Assembly (NCBI GenBank): GCA_963799825.1
Contig: CAWCYL010000006.1
Span: 214,329-278,328, forward strand
Direction: 5' to 3'
DNA: 64,000 nucleotides
Origin: an uncultured Alphaproteobacteria bacterium
GTDB lineage: Bacteria; Pseudomonadota; Alphaproteobacteria; Acetobacterales; Acetobacteraceae
Both the position numbers and the translations under genes were made by a program. The notes beneath the pieces were generated by a model, which saw only the letters and a list, made by a program, of their open reading frames with translations, was not told the origin of the DNA and searched no databases. This document shows, piece after piece, positions 1-12,245 of the stretch (within the stretch, counting starts at the first letter, position 1; every line of letters begins with the position of its first letter).

Positions 1-57
1 GCGAGGGGCTGGCCGCGCGCCGTCGGTCAAGATCACCCCGGCCGACGCGCGGCTGGT

Positions 58-1471
58 TCAGCGTCCGGTGAGGATGCGCTCGACGAGCTGCTTCACCGTC
101 GGGATGAAGCCGTTCGAGTAGAACGGGTCGGAGGCGAAGCGGTAGCCGTTATGGCCGCTGAACATCAGGTTGCGCTCGAGCGTGACGGCGTCGTTGCTCT
201 CGTGGGCGATGTCCTGCAGCGTCTTTTGGATGCAGAAGCTGCGCGGGTCGGCCTTCTTGCCGGTGCTGTGGTCGGCGTCGTGCTGGCTCCAGTTGGAGAA
301 GCGGCACTGGCTCAGGCAGCCCATGCAGGCGACCTGGTCGGCCATGATCTCGCGGGCCTTCTCGGGCGTGACGAAGATCAGGGTGCTGTCGGGCGTGCGC
401 AGCGCCTCGGTGAAGCCCTCCGCCTCCCAACCGCGCAGACGCTGGAGATCGGCCGGCGTCACGTAGACCGGGCGCTTGCGCGGGCCGACGCCGTACTCGG
501 CGACGTGCTCGCCGATCTGCTCGCTGCTGTAGGCGACCTGGTGCTCGTTGCGCTCGCGCAATTCTTGGATGAAGCCGTTGTTCACCGCGCTGGAGTAGAA
601 GCCGGTCGGGCTGAACCGGTTGAGAAAGACGTCGCCTTCCTTCAGGGTCAGCAGCCGCTTCTTCCACGCCGTGCCGATCGGGCTCTCCTTGGTCAGCAGC
701 GGACGGGTGCCGAACTGGAAGGCGACCGGCCCGAGCTCGGGATTGTCGATCCAGTCCTGCCACTCGTCGAGCCACCACACGCCGCCGGCCATGATGATCG
801 GGGTGTTGTCAAGGCCGAACTCGCGCATCTGCTTGCGCAGCGCCAGCACGCGCGGGATAGGGATCCTCCGGCCTGGTCGGATCCTCGCTGTTGGACAGGC
901 CGTTATGCCCGCCCGCGAGCCAGGGATCCTCGTAGACCACGCCGCCGAGCAGCGAGGCGGCGCGGCTGTAGGCGCGCTTCCACAGTGCGTTGAAGGCACG
1001 CGCCGAGGAGACGATCGGGTAGTAGTAGACGCCGAACCGGGCGGCGATGTCGGACAGTCGGTAGGGCATCCCGGCGCCGCAGGTGATGCCGTTGATGAGG
1101 CCCTTCGCCTGCTCCAGCACCTCGGTGATGATGCGCTCGGCGGCGCCCATCTCCCACAGGATATTGGCGTGGATGCGCCCCTTGCCGCAGGCCATCTCAT
1201 ACGCCTGCCGCGCCTGCGCGACCGCGCCGCGCACCGAATAGGCGACCAGCTCCTCATGCCGCTCGCGCCGGGTGCGGCCGTGATAGACCTGCGGGATGCG
1301 CTGCCCGCCGGCGTCGTAGCTGTCGGCGTTGACCGCGCTGAACGTGCCGACCCCGCCGGCCAGCGCCCAGCTCCCCGACGATCTCCCGTTGGAGATCGAG
1401 ATGCCCTTGCCGCCTTCCACCAGCGGCAGGACGTCCATCCCGCCCATCCGGATCGCGTTGATCGCCTTCAT
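58..1471 (-). CDS. NAD(P)H-dependent flavin oxidoreductase, nitronate monooxygenase (2-nitropropane dioxygenase-like) family; one apparent frameshift near 851-860
   Basis: ORF 809..1561 (real start MKAINAIRMGG, ATG at 1471) and ORF 58..1257 together thread one full-length NMO-like protein. The frames join at EDPYP|RVLALRKQM. Deleting one C from TATCCCGCG (854-856) restores the frame. Confidence 0.8.
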
Positions 1472-1569
1472 GGACGCAAGTCCTTCGGTCAGGCCGGTTG
1501 TTCCGGTGGAAGGTTTCAGACGAACGGCCCCGGATGCAAGAGGGCCTTGCATCCGGGGCAAGCCAAAGG

Positions 1570-3786
<2,217 letters not shown>

Positions 3787-4121
3787 CGCTTTTCGTCGTT
3801 CCTTCGGGATGCGCGACGCGGACGGGCAGCACGAATGCGATCCGTTCGTCCCGGCGGAAGACGGCGTCTCGGGCGGCATGGACCGGGATCGCGGCGCGGC
3901 TGCGCCCGAACCCGGGGGCCGCGCCTGGGGCGCAGCCGCGGGCCATGTGGCCGGAAACGCCGTCGCGGCCCCCGCCTTGGGTGCCGGATCGGCGTTCTGT
4001 CGTCCGCCGCGGTCGCGGCGCTGGGGCTTTCACACGCCCCCGGGCAATGCCCCGCGCCACCATGACGCGGGGATATCGCCGGCGCCCGTCATATGGGGAC
4101 GGAGGCCGGCCAGTTCAGCGA

Positions 4122-4391
4122 CTAGCGGCGCAGATTGAGCCGCCCGATCAGGGTGGTGTAGCGGGTGTTGTTCTTCGCCTTGAGATAGTCGAGCAGGCGG
4201 CGACGGCGGCCGACCAGCATCAGCAGGCCACGCCGCGAGTGGAAATCCTTCGCGTGGGTCTTGAGGTGCTCGGTGAGGTAGAGGATCCGCTCGGTAATGA
4301 GCGCCACCTGGACCTCGGGACTGCCGGTGTCGCCTTGCTTGGCGCCGTATTCGGTGACGAGCGCCGCACGGCGCTCCGCGGTCGTCGACAT
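4122..4391 (-). CDS. rpsO: 30S ribosomal protein S15
   Basis: Intact 89-aa ORF with ...[49 protein letters not shown]...; conserved position between truB and pnp. Confidence 0.97.
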   Translation of the reverse strand: MSTTAERRAALVTEYGAKQGDTGSPEVQVALITERILYLTEHLKTHAKDFHSRRGLLMLVGRRRRLLDYLKAKNNTRYTTLIGRLNLRR

Positions 4392-4448
4392 CGGAATTGT
4401 TCTCCGTTCTTGGGTTCCAAGGACGCGCGGGCGCTCGGAGTTTGTGTC

Positions 4449-5370
4449 TCAGAGGAGCCGTTCGGGTTTCAGCCAGCCATCCTGCAGCCGGCACAGCCCG
4501 ATCACGCGGCTCCCCGCCATGGCGCGTGCCAACCCGCCATCGGGGTCGGCCGCCCGTGGAATGCGGCCCATCAGCGTGACCAGGCTGATCGCCTGGCCAT
4601 GCGAAAGGCCGGAGGCCTCCGTCTCGGTCAAGGCCAGCGCCGGGATGTCGGCCAGCGCGGTCGCGACCGGAAGCAGAAGGTCCGGGGAAGCCGGCGGGGT
4701 ATCCGACGCGACGACGAGTTTGTCCAGCGGAATCGCATTTTCCTCGGTGAACGGCCCGACCCGCAGCCGGCGCAGCGCGGCGACGTTGCCCAACGTGCCG
4801 CAGGCGAGTGCCAAGTCGCGCGCCAGGCTGCGCATGTAGACGCCCTTGCCCGACTGCACCTCGAACACCGCTACGTCGGCGCCCCGGCCGCTCGACCAGC
4901 TCGAACCGGTCGACCCGCGCCGGGCGCGGCTCCAGCACCGGGGGGCGCCCCTCGCGCGCCATGTCGTAGGCCCGTTCGCCGGCCACCTTCACGGCGGAAA
5001 AGGCGGGCGGGATCTGCATGATGTCGCCCCGGAACGCGGGCAGCGCCGCTGCGATTTCGGCGTCCGACGGCCGCGCATCGGAGCGCGCCGTGACCTGCCC
5101 GTCGGCGTCATCGGTGTCGCGCGCTTCGCCGAACCGGAGAGAAAAACGGTAGAGCTTGGTGCCGTCCATCACGTAGGGCACGGTCTTGGTCGCCGCCCCG
5201 AAGGCAATCGGCAGCACCCCGGTCGCCAGCGGATCGAGCGTGCCGCCATGCCCCGCCTTCTGCGCGTCGAAGGCGCGGCGGACGCGGTTCACCACGTCGG
5301 TGCTGGTCAGCCCCGGCGGCTTGTCGACGATGAGCCAGCCGTCCAGCGGCCGGCCGCGTTTGCGGCGCAT
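4449..5370 (-). CDS. truB: tRNA pseudouridine(55) synthase TruB; one apparent frameshift near 4882-4885
   Basis: N-terminus [48 protein letters not shown] (ORF 4030..5370) continues in ORF 4449..4868 ([19 protein letters not shown]...). Removing one G from CCGGGGCGCC restores [17 protein letters not shown]. Confidence 0.92.
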
Positions 5371-5392
5371 GGGTCTCCTCTCCCGGCGCTCC

Positions 5393-5795
5393 TCAGAGCG
5401 CCCAGGGATTGATGATCTGAACGCCGGCGTCGGCGAAGTCGGCCACGTTGCGCGTCACGCCGATCTTCGAGTGAATGATAGCGGTCGCCGCAATCAGTCC
5501 GTCGGCGAACGGGCGAGGCCGGATGGCCATGAGCCGACCCCAGGCAATTCCCACGGCATCATCTACAGCAAGGATGCGACCCTCGAACTCCGCCCGTAGC
5601 TGCTCCAGCCAGCGAGCGAGAGAGGCAGCGGCAGTCGGATCCCTGCGCCCGATCAAGGCGATGCCCTTCATGATTTCGCCCAAGGTCATGACGCTGAGGA
5701 AAATCGCGTCGCGGTCCACGGAACTCCAGCCAAGCTCCGGCTTCCGGCGATCGGCGTCTTGCTTCCGCAAGCATGCAGGTATCGAGCAGATACAC
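5393..5795 (-). CDS. vapC: type II toxin, PIN-domain VapC family; one apparent frameshift near 5720
   Basis: [24 protein letters not shown] (ORF 5559..5795) continues as [20 protein letters not shown]...[35 protein letters not shown] (ORF 5393..5770). The layout is a typical PIN domain, and the gene lies directly downstream of an antitoxin. Confidence 0.8.
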
Positions 5796-5801
5796 CGAGA
5801 C

Positions 5802-6083
5802 TCAGAATTCTATGTCGCGGCCCGTGTCGGGTGAGCGGTCAAGAATCGCCTCCACCAGGTCGTCGGGCCAAGGAGGCCCCGCTAGGAGAAATTCCACGAG
5901 AGACTGCTTCGGCCTAGGACGAAGCGCGTCATACGCCTCAGCCGAAAGCACCACGGCTTCCCGCTTTCCGTCCTGCACGATCGCCTGGGGCCCTTCCCGA
6001 TGCGCGAGCCGCACGACATCAGACAGCTTCGCCCCCGCGTCCTGCAGCTTCCACTCGTGCATCTCGTCCTGGGTGATGCTCAC
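5802..6083 (-). CDS. type II antitoxin, Phd/YefM-like
   Basis: [47 protein letters not shown] matches the Phd/YefM N-terminal pattern. The likely start is the ATG at 6062. The longest ORF starts at GTG 6083, which overlaps the rbfA stop as GTGA. Confidence 0.75.
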   Translation of the reverse strand: MSITQDEMHEWKLQDAGAKLSDVVRLAHREGPQAIVQDGKREAVVLSAEAYDALRPRPKQSLVEFLLAGPPWPDDLVEAILDRSPDTGRDIEF

Positions 6084-6478
6084 CGCGGCTTCTCCAGATC
6101 CCGCTCGACTTCCGGCTGGTGCAGCAGGCGGTCGATCTTGGTCGCGTATTCCAGCGCGGTGTCGGGCTGGAAGGACAGGTCGGGGACGAATTTCAGCCGC
6201 AGCGCGTGGGCAACGTTGGCGCGCAGGAACGGCGTCGCGCGCTTCAGCGCGGGCAGCAGCGCGTCCACGTCGGGACGGCCGAGCCGAGCGACGAAGGCGG
6301 TGGCGTGCTTGAGATCAGGGCCGATCCTGACCTCGGTGACGGTGATGTGCTCGCCCACCAGTTCGGGGTCGCGGAAGTCGGTGCGCGCGAACAGGCCCGC
6401 CAGCACATGGCGGACCTCCTCGGCGACGCGCAGCTGGCGCTGCGATGGGGCGGCGTCGGCGACCGCGCGCTTCTTCAC
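6080..6478 (-). CDS. rbfA: 30S ribosome-binding factor RbfA
   Basis: Intact 132-aa ORF ([18 protein letters not shown]...[19 protein letters not shown]) immediately downstream of infB. Confidence 0.93.
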   Translation of the reverse strand: MKKRAVADAAPSQRQLRVAEEVRHVLAGLFARTDFRDPELVGEHITVTEVRIGPDLKHATAFVARLGRPDVDALLPALKRATPFLRANVAHALRLKFVPDLSFQPDTALEYATKIDRLLHQPEVERDLEKPR

Positions 6479-6505
6479 GTCCCTTTCCTCACCACCTTGC
6501 TCTCG

Positions 6506-9180
6506 TCACCCTGGCACCATCTCGGTCTCGTAGCACTCCACCACGTCGCCTTCCTGCAAATCGTGGAAGTTGGCGAAGGACAGGCCGCACTCGTAGCCGC
6601 GCGCCACCTCGCGCACGTCGTCCTTGAAGCGCTTGAGCTGCGACAGCTCGCCGGTGTGGATCACCACGTTGTCGCGCAGCACCCGCACGCCGGCGCCGCG
6701 CCGCACCACGCCCTCGGTGATCATGCAGCCGGCCACCTTGCCGGTCTTGGTGATGTTGAACACCTGGCGCACCTCGGCGTAGCCCAGGAACCGCTCGCGC
6801 GCCTTCGGGGCGACCTTGCCGCGCACCAGCTTCTCGATGTCGTCGGCGACGTCGTAGATGATCGAGTAGTAGCGAATGTCCACGCCGTCGCGCTGCGCCA
6901 TGTCGCGCGCCTGGCTGGTGGCGCGCACGTTGAACGCCACCACCACGGCGCTCGACGCCTTCGCGAGCTGGATGTCGCTCTCGGTGATCTGGCCCACCGC
7001 GCTGAGCAGCACGCGGACCTTCACCTCCTCGTGCGCGTGCTTGAGCACCGTGGCGGCGAGCGCCTCGGCGCTGCCCTGCACGTCGGCCTTGATGACGACC
7101 GCGACCTCTTTCTGCTCGCCGGCGACGATCCGCGACAGCATCTGCTCCAAGGTGCCGCGCGCGGCGACGTTGCCGGCGGCGGCGGTGTCGCGCAGCCGGC
7201 GGGCGCGGAACTCGCTGATCTCGCGGGCACGGCTCTCCACGTCCACCACGACCAGCGGCTCGCCGGCGGCGGGCACGCCCGCGAGACCCAGGATCTCGAC
7301 CGGCGTGGAGGGTCCGGCGTATTTGATCGGGCGCGACTTGTCATCGAGCATCGCGCGCACCCGGCCCCATTCAGCGCCGGCCACCACGATGTCGCCCTGG
7401 TACAGCGTGCCCTTCTGCACCAGCACCGTCGCCACCGGGCCGCGGCCCCGATCCAGCCGGCTCTCGATGACGGTGCCCTCGGCGGCGCGCTCCGGGTTGG
7501 CCTTGAGGTCGAGGATCTCGGCCTGGAGAAGAATCGCCTCCTCGAGCTTGTCGAGCCCGGTCCTGGCGGTCGCCGAGACCTCCACGTCCTGCGTCTCGCC
7601 GCCGAGCTTTTCCACCACGATGTCGTGGCTCAGCAGCTCGTTGCGCACGCGGTCGGGGTTGGCGTCCGGCTTGTCCATCTTGTTGATGGCGATGATGATC
7701 GGCGCGGCGGCGGCCTTGGCGTGGCGGATCGCCTCGACGGTCTGCGGCATCACGCCGTCATCGGCGGCGACCACCAGCACCACGATGTCGGTGACGGAGG
7801 CGCCGCGCGCGCGCATGGCGGTGAACGCCTCGTGGCCCGGCGTGTCGATGAAGGTGATGCGCTCGCCCGAGTGCATCTCCACCTGATAGGCGCCGATGTG
7901 CTGGGTGATGCCGCCGGCCTCGCCGGCCGCGACGTCGGTCGCGCGCAGCGCGTCGAGCAGGCTTGTCTTGCCGTGGTCCACATGGCCCATGATGGTGACG
8001 ACGGGCGGACGGGTCAGCAGCTCGGCCTCGGTGTCGACCGCGCCTTCCAGCCCGATCTCCACGTCGCTCTCGGATACGCGCCGCGAGCGGTGGCCGAACT
8101 CCTGCACCACCAGCTCGGCGGTGTCGGCGTCCAGGGTCTGCGTGACGGTCGCCATCACGCCGAGCTTCATCAGCGCCTTGATCACCTCCGGGGTGCGGGC
8201 GGCCATGCGGTTGGCCAGCTCCTGGACCGTGATCGTGTCGGGAAGAATGACGTCGCGCACGACTTTCACCTGATCGGAGCGCAACCGCTCCAGTTCGGCC
8301 TGGCGCCGCTCGCGCTCGCGCTGGCGGCGGACGGAAGCCAGGCTGCGGACACGCTCGTCCTCGCCTTCGATGGCGGCCTGCACGTCGATGCGGCCGGCCC
8401 GGCGGCGGTCGTCGACGCCCTTCTTGGGCGCGACCACGGCCGGCTTGCGCGGCGGCAGGCCGAGCCCGCCGGGACGACGCACGGGACGCGCCTCGTCCTC
8501 CTCCTCGCCGACGCGGCCGGTGCGCAGCCGCAGCGTCTCGCTCGGCACCGGCCCACCCGGAGCGGCGGCCGGCGTGGGGCGACGGCGCGCCTCCTCGGTG
8601 CCGCGGCGCGGGCGCCGGCGCCGCCGTGGCGGTGGCGATCGCCGTCTGGCGCTGCTCGTCGTCGGCGGCCTGACGCGCCGCGTCCTGCGGCCTCGACCTT
8701 CTGGCGGGCCGCCTCCTCGGCGGCGCGGCGCGCCTCCTCCTCGGCCCGCTTGCGCGCCTCCTCGGCGGCGGAGAGGATCGAGATCGTCTCCTGCTCGCGT
8801 CGCTCGGCCTCGCGCCTGGCATTCTCGCGCTGCTGGTCGGCCAGCGCCCGCTGGCGAGCGGCCAGCTCGGTCGCGGTCAGCGCCCGCACCGGCCCCGCCG
8901 GAGCCGCCCGGCCGGAACCCGCGGCGCGTGCGCTCGGGGCCGGCGCTCCGCCGCCCGGCCGCGCCTGCTGCGCGCCAGGAGCCGCCCCGCCGGTCGCGGG
9001 CGGATTGCCGGGCGCAGGTGCGCGCTTCTTGCGCACCTCGACCTGCACCACCTTCGACCGGCCGTGGCTGAAGCTCTGCCGGACGGAGCCGGCATCCACG
9101 GTCCGACCCAGCTCCATGCGCCCCGCGGGTCGCAAGGAAAGCCGGCCCTTGCCCGTGTCCTGATCGTTGCCTTCGCTCAT
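6506..9180 (-). CDS. infB: translation initiation factor IF-2; at least two frame changes in the low-complexity N-terminal region (about 8620-8700)
   Basis: N-terminus [18 protein letters not shown]...[18 protein letters not shown] (ORF 8266..9180). The G domain [15 protein letters not shown]...[16 protein letters not shown]...NKMDK and the C-terminus lie in ORF 6506..9184. Confidence 0.95.
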
Positions 9181-9930
9181 GCACCCGCCCGCTTGTTCAA
9201 CTCGTCGCCCCCGACGGCGCCGCCGCCGGAAGAATTCAATCCGTCCAGTCTATCCTGGCCGTCCAGTCTATCCTGGCCGTCCAGTCCGTCCTGCCCGACC
9301 AACCCGGCCAGCCGTCCCGCCTCGATCGCCAGCGCGTCGGCGAGCCGCCCCGGCGCCACCGCCACATGCACCGCGCGGTCGCGGCCGAATATCCGCCCCA
9401 GCGCCTCGGCCGGCAGCGGGGTGAAGACCGTCACGCCCGGCCCGGCCCCCGACAGGAAGCGCGTCCGTTCGTCGGCGCTGCCGTCGGCGGCCTGGATGAC
9501 CAGCCCGACCTGGCCGGCGCGCAGCCATTCCCGCGCCTTCTGGAAGCCGGCCACCGCCTGGCCCGCGCGACGCGCGAGCCCGAGCAGCTCGCCAATCCGC
9601 CGGAGCAAGGCTGCCTGCAGGACGGAGGAGAGGTCGGGGGGCACCGTGACCGGACCGCGGGCCGCCCTGGCGAAGGCTCTCGTCAATGAGCCCTGGGCGC
9701 GCGCGGTTTCTAACACATCCCTCCGCGCACTCAACCAGAATTCCCCGCCCGGGCAGGTCTGCGGCAATGTCAGGGACCAGCACGCGCGGCTTGCCGTCCT
9801 GTTCCGGGCCGAGCACGAAGCGGATCATCCGCTCCTTGCCCTGCCGCTCGCGCGTGACGATGCAGCGGCGCAGCGGCCCGGTTTCCTCCGGTTCGTCGGC
9901 CTCCGTGTCCGGTGCCAGCGTCAGCGTCAG
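9177..9930 (-). CDS. YlxR/DUF448 RNA-binding protein fused to an L7Ae-like domain (nusA-infB operon protein); one frameshift near 9740, start unresolved
   Basis: [29 protein letters not shown]...DLPGRG continues in ORF 9177..9767 ([12 protein letters not shown]...[37 protein letters not shown]). No ATG, GTG or TTG lies upstream of the motif. The only in-frame candidate start is the CTG at 9930, which overlaps the nusA TGA. Confidence 0.75.
9241..9294 (-). repeat. 18-bp tandem repeat x3 (CCGTCCAGTCTATCCTGG x2 plus one diverged copy), in-frame in the C-terminal tail of the YlxR/L7Ae-like protein
   Basis: Direct reading: 9241-9258 and 9259-9276 are identical, and 9277-9294 has 3 mismatches. The repeat encodes [18 protein letters not shown]. 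Confidence 0.9.
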
Positions 9931-11508
9931 TCGTGATGCGCCTCCTGCACGATCGCGGAGGAGGCGGGGGCACGAGCGGCGCCGGCGGCTTCGTCACCCT
10001 CGAACCAGTGCGCGCGAGCCGACATGATGACGGCGTTCGCGGTGTCCTCGTCCATGTTGTCGGCGCCGACGATCTCGATCAGCTCGTCGGAGGCAAGGTC
10101 GGCGAGGTCGTCAAGCGTCTTAACGCCCTTCTCGCCGAGTGCCACCAGCATCGCCGGTGTCAGTGTCTCGATGGCGGCGACATCGTCGGTCACGCCCATT
10201 TCCATACGCCTTTCGTTCAACTCGTTGTCGCGCTTCTCGAGGAACGCCCCGGCGCGACGGATCAGCTCCGCGGCCACGCTTTCGTCGAAACCCTCGATGG
10301 AGGCAAGCTCGTCCTCCGGCACGAAGGCCAGCTCCTCGACGGTGGTGAAGCCCTCGGTGACCAGCAGCCCCGCGATCACGTCGTCCACGTCGAGCGCCTC
10401 GACGAACAGCCCGCTGCGCCGGCGGAATTCCTCCTGGCGCCGCTCGCTCTCCTCGGCCTCGGTCAGGATGTCGATGTCCCAGCGGGTGAGCTGGCTCGCC
10501 AGGCGGACATTCTGCCCACGGCGGCCGATGGCGAGGCTCAGTTGGTCGTCCGGCACCACCACTTCAACCCGGCCGGCCTCCTCGTCCATCACCACTTTCG
10601 TCACCTCGGCGGGTGCCAGCGCGTTGACCACGAAGGTCGCGGCCTGCGGCGACCACGGGATGATGTCGATTTTCTCGCCCTGCAGCTCCTGCACCACCGC
10701 CTGCACGCGCGAACCCCTCATGCCGACGCAGGCGCCCACCGGGATCGATCGAGGAATCGCGGGAGATCACCGCCATCTTGGCGCGGCTGCCAGGGTCGCG
10801 CGCCACCGCCTTGATCTCGATGATGCCGTCGTAGATTTCCGGCACTTCCTGCGCGAACAGCTTGGCCAGGAAGCCCGGATGCGTGCGGCTGAGAAAAATC
10901 TGCGGGCCGCGCGGCTCCTCGCGCACGTCGTAGATGTAGGCGCGCACCCGGTCGCCGTTGCGAAAGCTCTCGCGCGGGATCAGCTCGTCGCGGCGCAGCA
11001 GCGCCTCGGCGCGGCCGAGCTCGACCATCAGGTTGCCGTACTCGGTGCGCTTGACCACGCCGTTGATGATCTCGCCGACGCGGTCCTTGTGCTCGTCGTA
11101 TTGCCGCTTGCGCTCGTACTCGCGCACGCGCTGCACGATCACCTGCTTGGCGGTCTGTGCGGCGATGCGGCCGAAATCGATCGGCGGCAGCGGATCGACG
11201 ATGAACTCGCCGACATTGATCTCGGGCTGGAACTTGCGCGCGATCCTGACCGGGATCTGCGTCTCCTCGTTCTCCACCGTGTCGCCCTCGGGCGGCTCGA
11301 CCACCTCGGTCCAGCGCGACAGCCGCACGTCGCCGGTCTTGCGGTCGATGGTCGCGCGGATGTCCTTCTCGTGGCCGTACTTGGCGCGGCCGGCCTTCTG
11401 GATGGCCTGCTCCATCGCCTCCAGCACCTCCTCGCGGTCGATGGATTTCTCCCGCGCGACGGCGTCGGCCACCAGGAGCAGTTCGGGGCGGGCGATGGCG
11501 GTGTCCAT
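9927..11508 (-). CDS. nusA: transcription termination/antitermination factor NusA; one apparent frameshift at 10741-10743
   Basis: [33 protein letters not shown]... (ORF 10564..11508) continues as [29 protein letters not shown]... (ORF 9927..10739). Removing one C from GATCCCGGTGG restores [14 protein letters not shown]. Confidence 0.95.
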
Positions 11509-11549
11509 GATCGGGCCTCTCGGTTGGATCGGGCTCAGCGTGTCCGGCT

Positions 11550-12043
11550 TCAGTTCGGGTCGTGGGTGGGTTGGCGGTGGCGGCGATCAGCGCGTCGGTC
11601 AGCACGAGGCGGGCGCGGCGCAGGTGCTCGCGTGGAAGTGATACCTCCGAGCCGTCGTCGAGCCGCAACCGGGCGTGCTCCGCGTCGGCGCCGAGCACGA
11701 TGCCGGAGAACCGCTTGCGCCCGTCGATCGGCATCTCGGTCTCGGCGCGGGCGCGATGGCCGGCGAAGCGGTTCCAGTCCTTGGCCCGGGTCAGCGGCCG
11801 GTCGATGCCGGCGGAGCTGATCTCGAGGTTCCACGCACCCGGCAGCGGATCGGCGACGTCGAGCACGGCGCCGAGCGCGTGGCTGATCGCCGTGCAATCC
11901 TCGACGGTGATCTGCGCGCCGTCGGCGCGATCGGCCATCACCTGCACCACCGGCCGATCCTTGCCGGACACGGCGACGCGCACGAGCTCGTAGCCCATGT
12001 CGTCGAGGGTCGGCGTGACGATGTCGGCCAGCTTGGCCTCCAT
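11550..12043 (-). CDS. rimP: ribosome maturation factor RimP; 3' end uncertain
   Basis: [27 protein letters not shown]...[26 protein letters not shown], upstream of nusA. The as-sequenced frame runs on into nusA. A stop at 11550 is reached only after a 1-nt shift in the AACCCACCCACG run. Confidence 0.8.
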
Positions 12044-12200
12044 CCCGGTGTGGCGTGGTTGGTCAGGGTCCAAAACAAAAAAGGCGGCCCGTGAAGGCCA
12101 CCCCCCGTCGCTCCGCGGAGAATGATTGATGCTGCTTAGTTAGCGCGGCGGGGGCCGGCGCGCAAGGCCCCGCTAGACGGGATCGAGGAGAGCGGCCGGT

Positions 12201-12245
12201 GGCGGAATGAATTCCGCCCTATCGTAGGGCGGAATTCATTCCGCC
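12201..12245. repeat. perfect 21-bp inverted repeat with a 3-nt loop (GGCGGAATGAATTCCGCCCTA TCG TAGGGCGGAATTCATTCCGCC); hairpin or terminator candidate
   Basis: The arms are exact reverse complements. The element overlaps the stop codon of the MFS gene (12219-12221). Confidence 0.85.

Noticed and set aside
3787-4121. rpsO-pnp intergenic region as an RNase III-processed autoregulatory leader.
   Set aside because: This is plausible by analogy with E. coli. However, I could not define a convincing long hairpin by eye in this 335-nt GC-rich stretch, so it is not annotated.
6119-9163. 1014-aa ORF on the plus strand, with similar giants at 1498..3129, 10024..11820, 41206..43203, 49105..52314 and 43245..45044.
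   Set aside because: They lie antisense to well-supported genes (infB, pnp, nusA, porin, PhyH/TPP enzyme, kup). Their composition is Arg/Ala/Gly/His-rich and low in complexity, typical of stop-codon-poor antisense frames in roughly 70% GC DNA.
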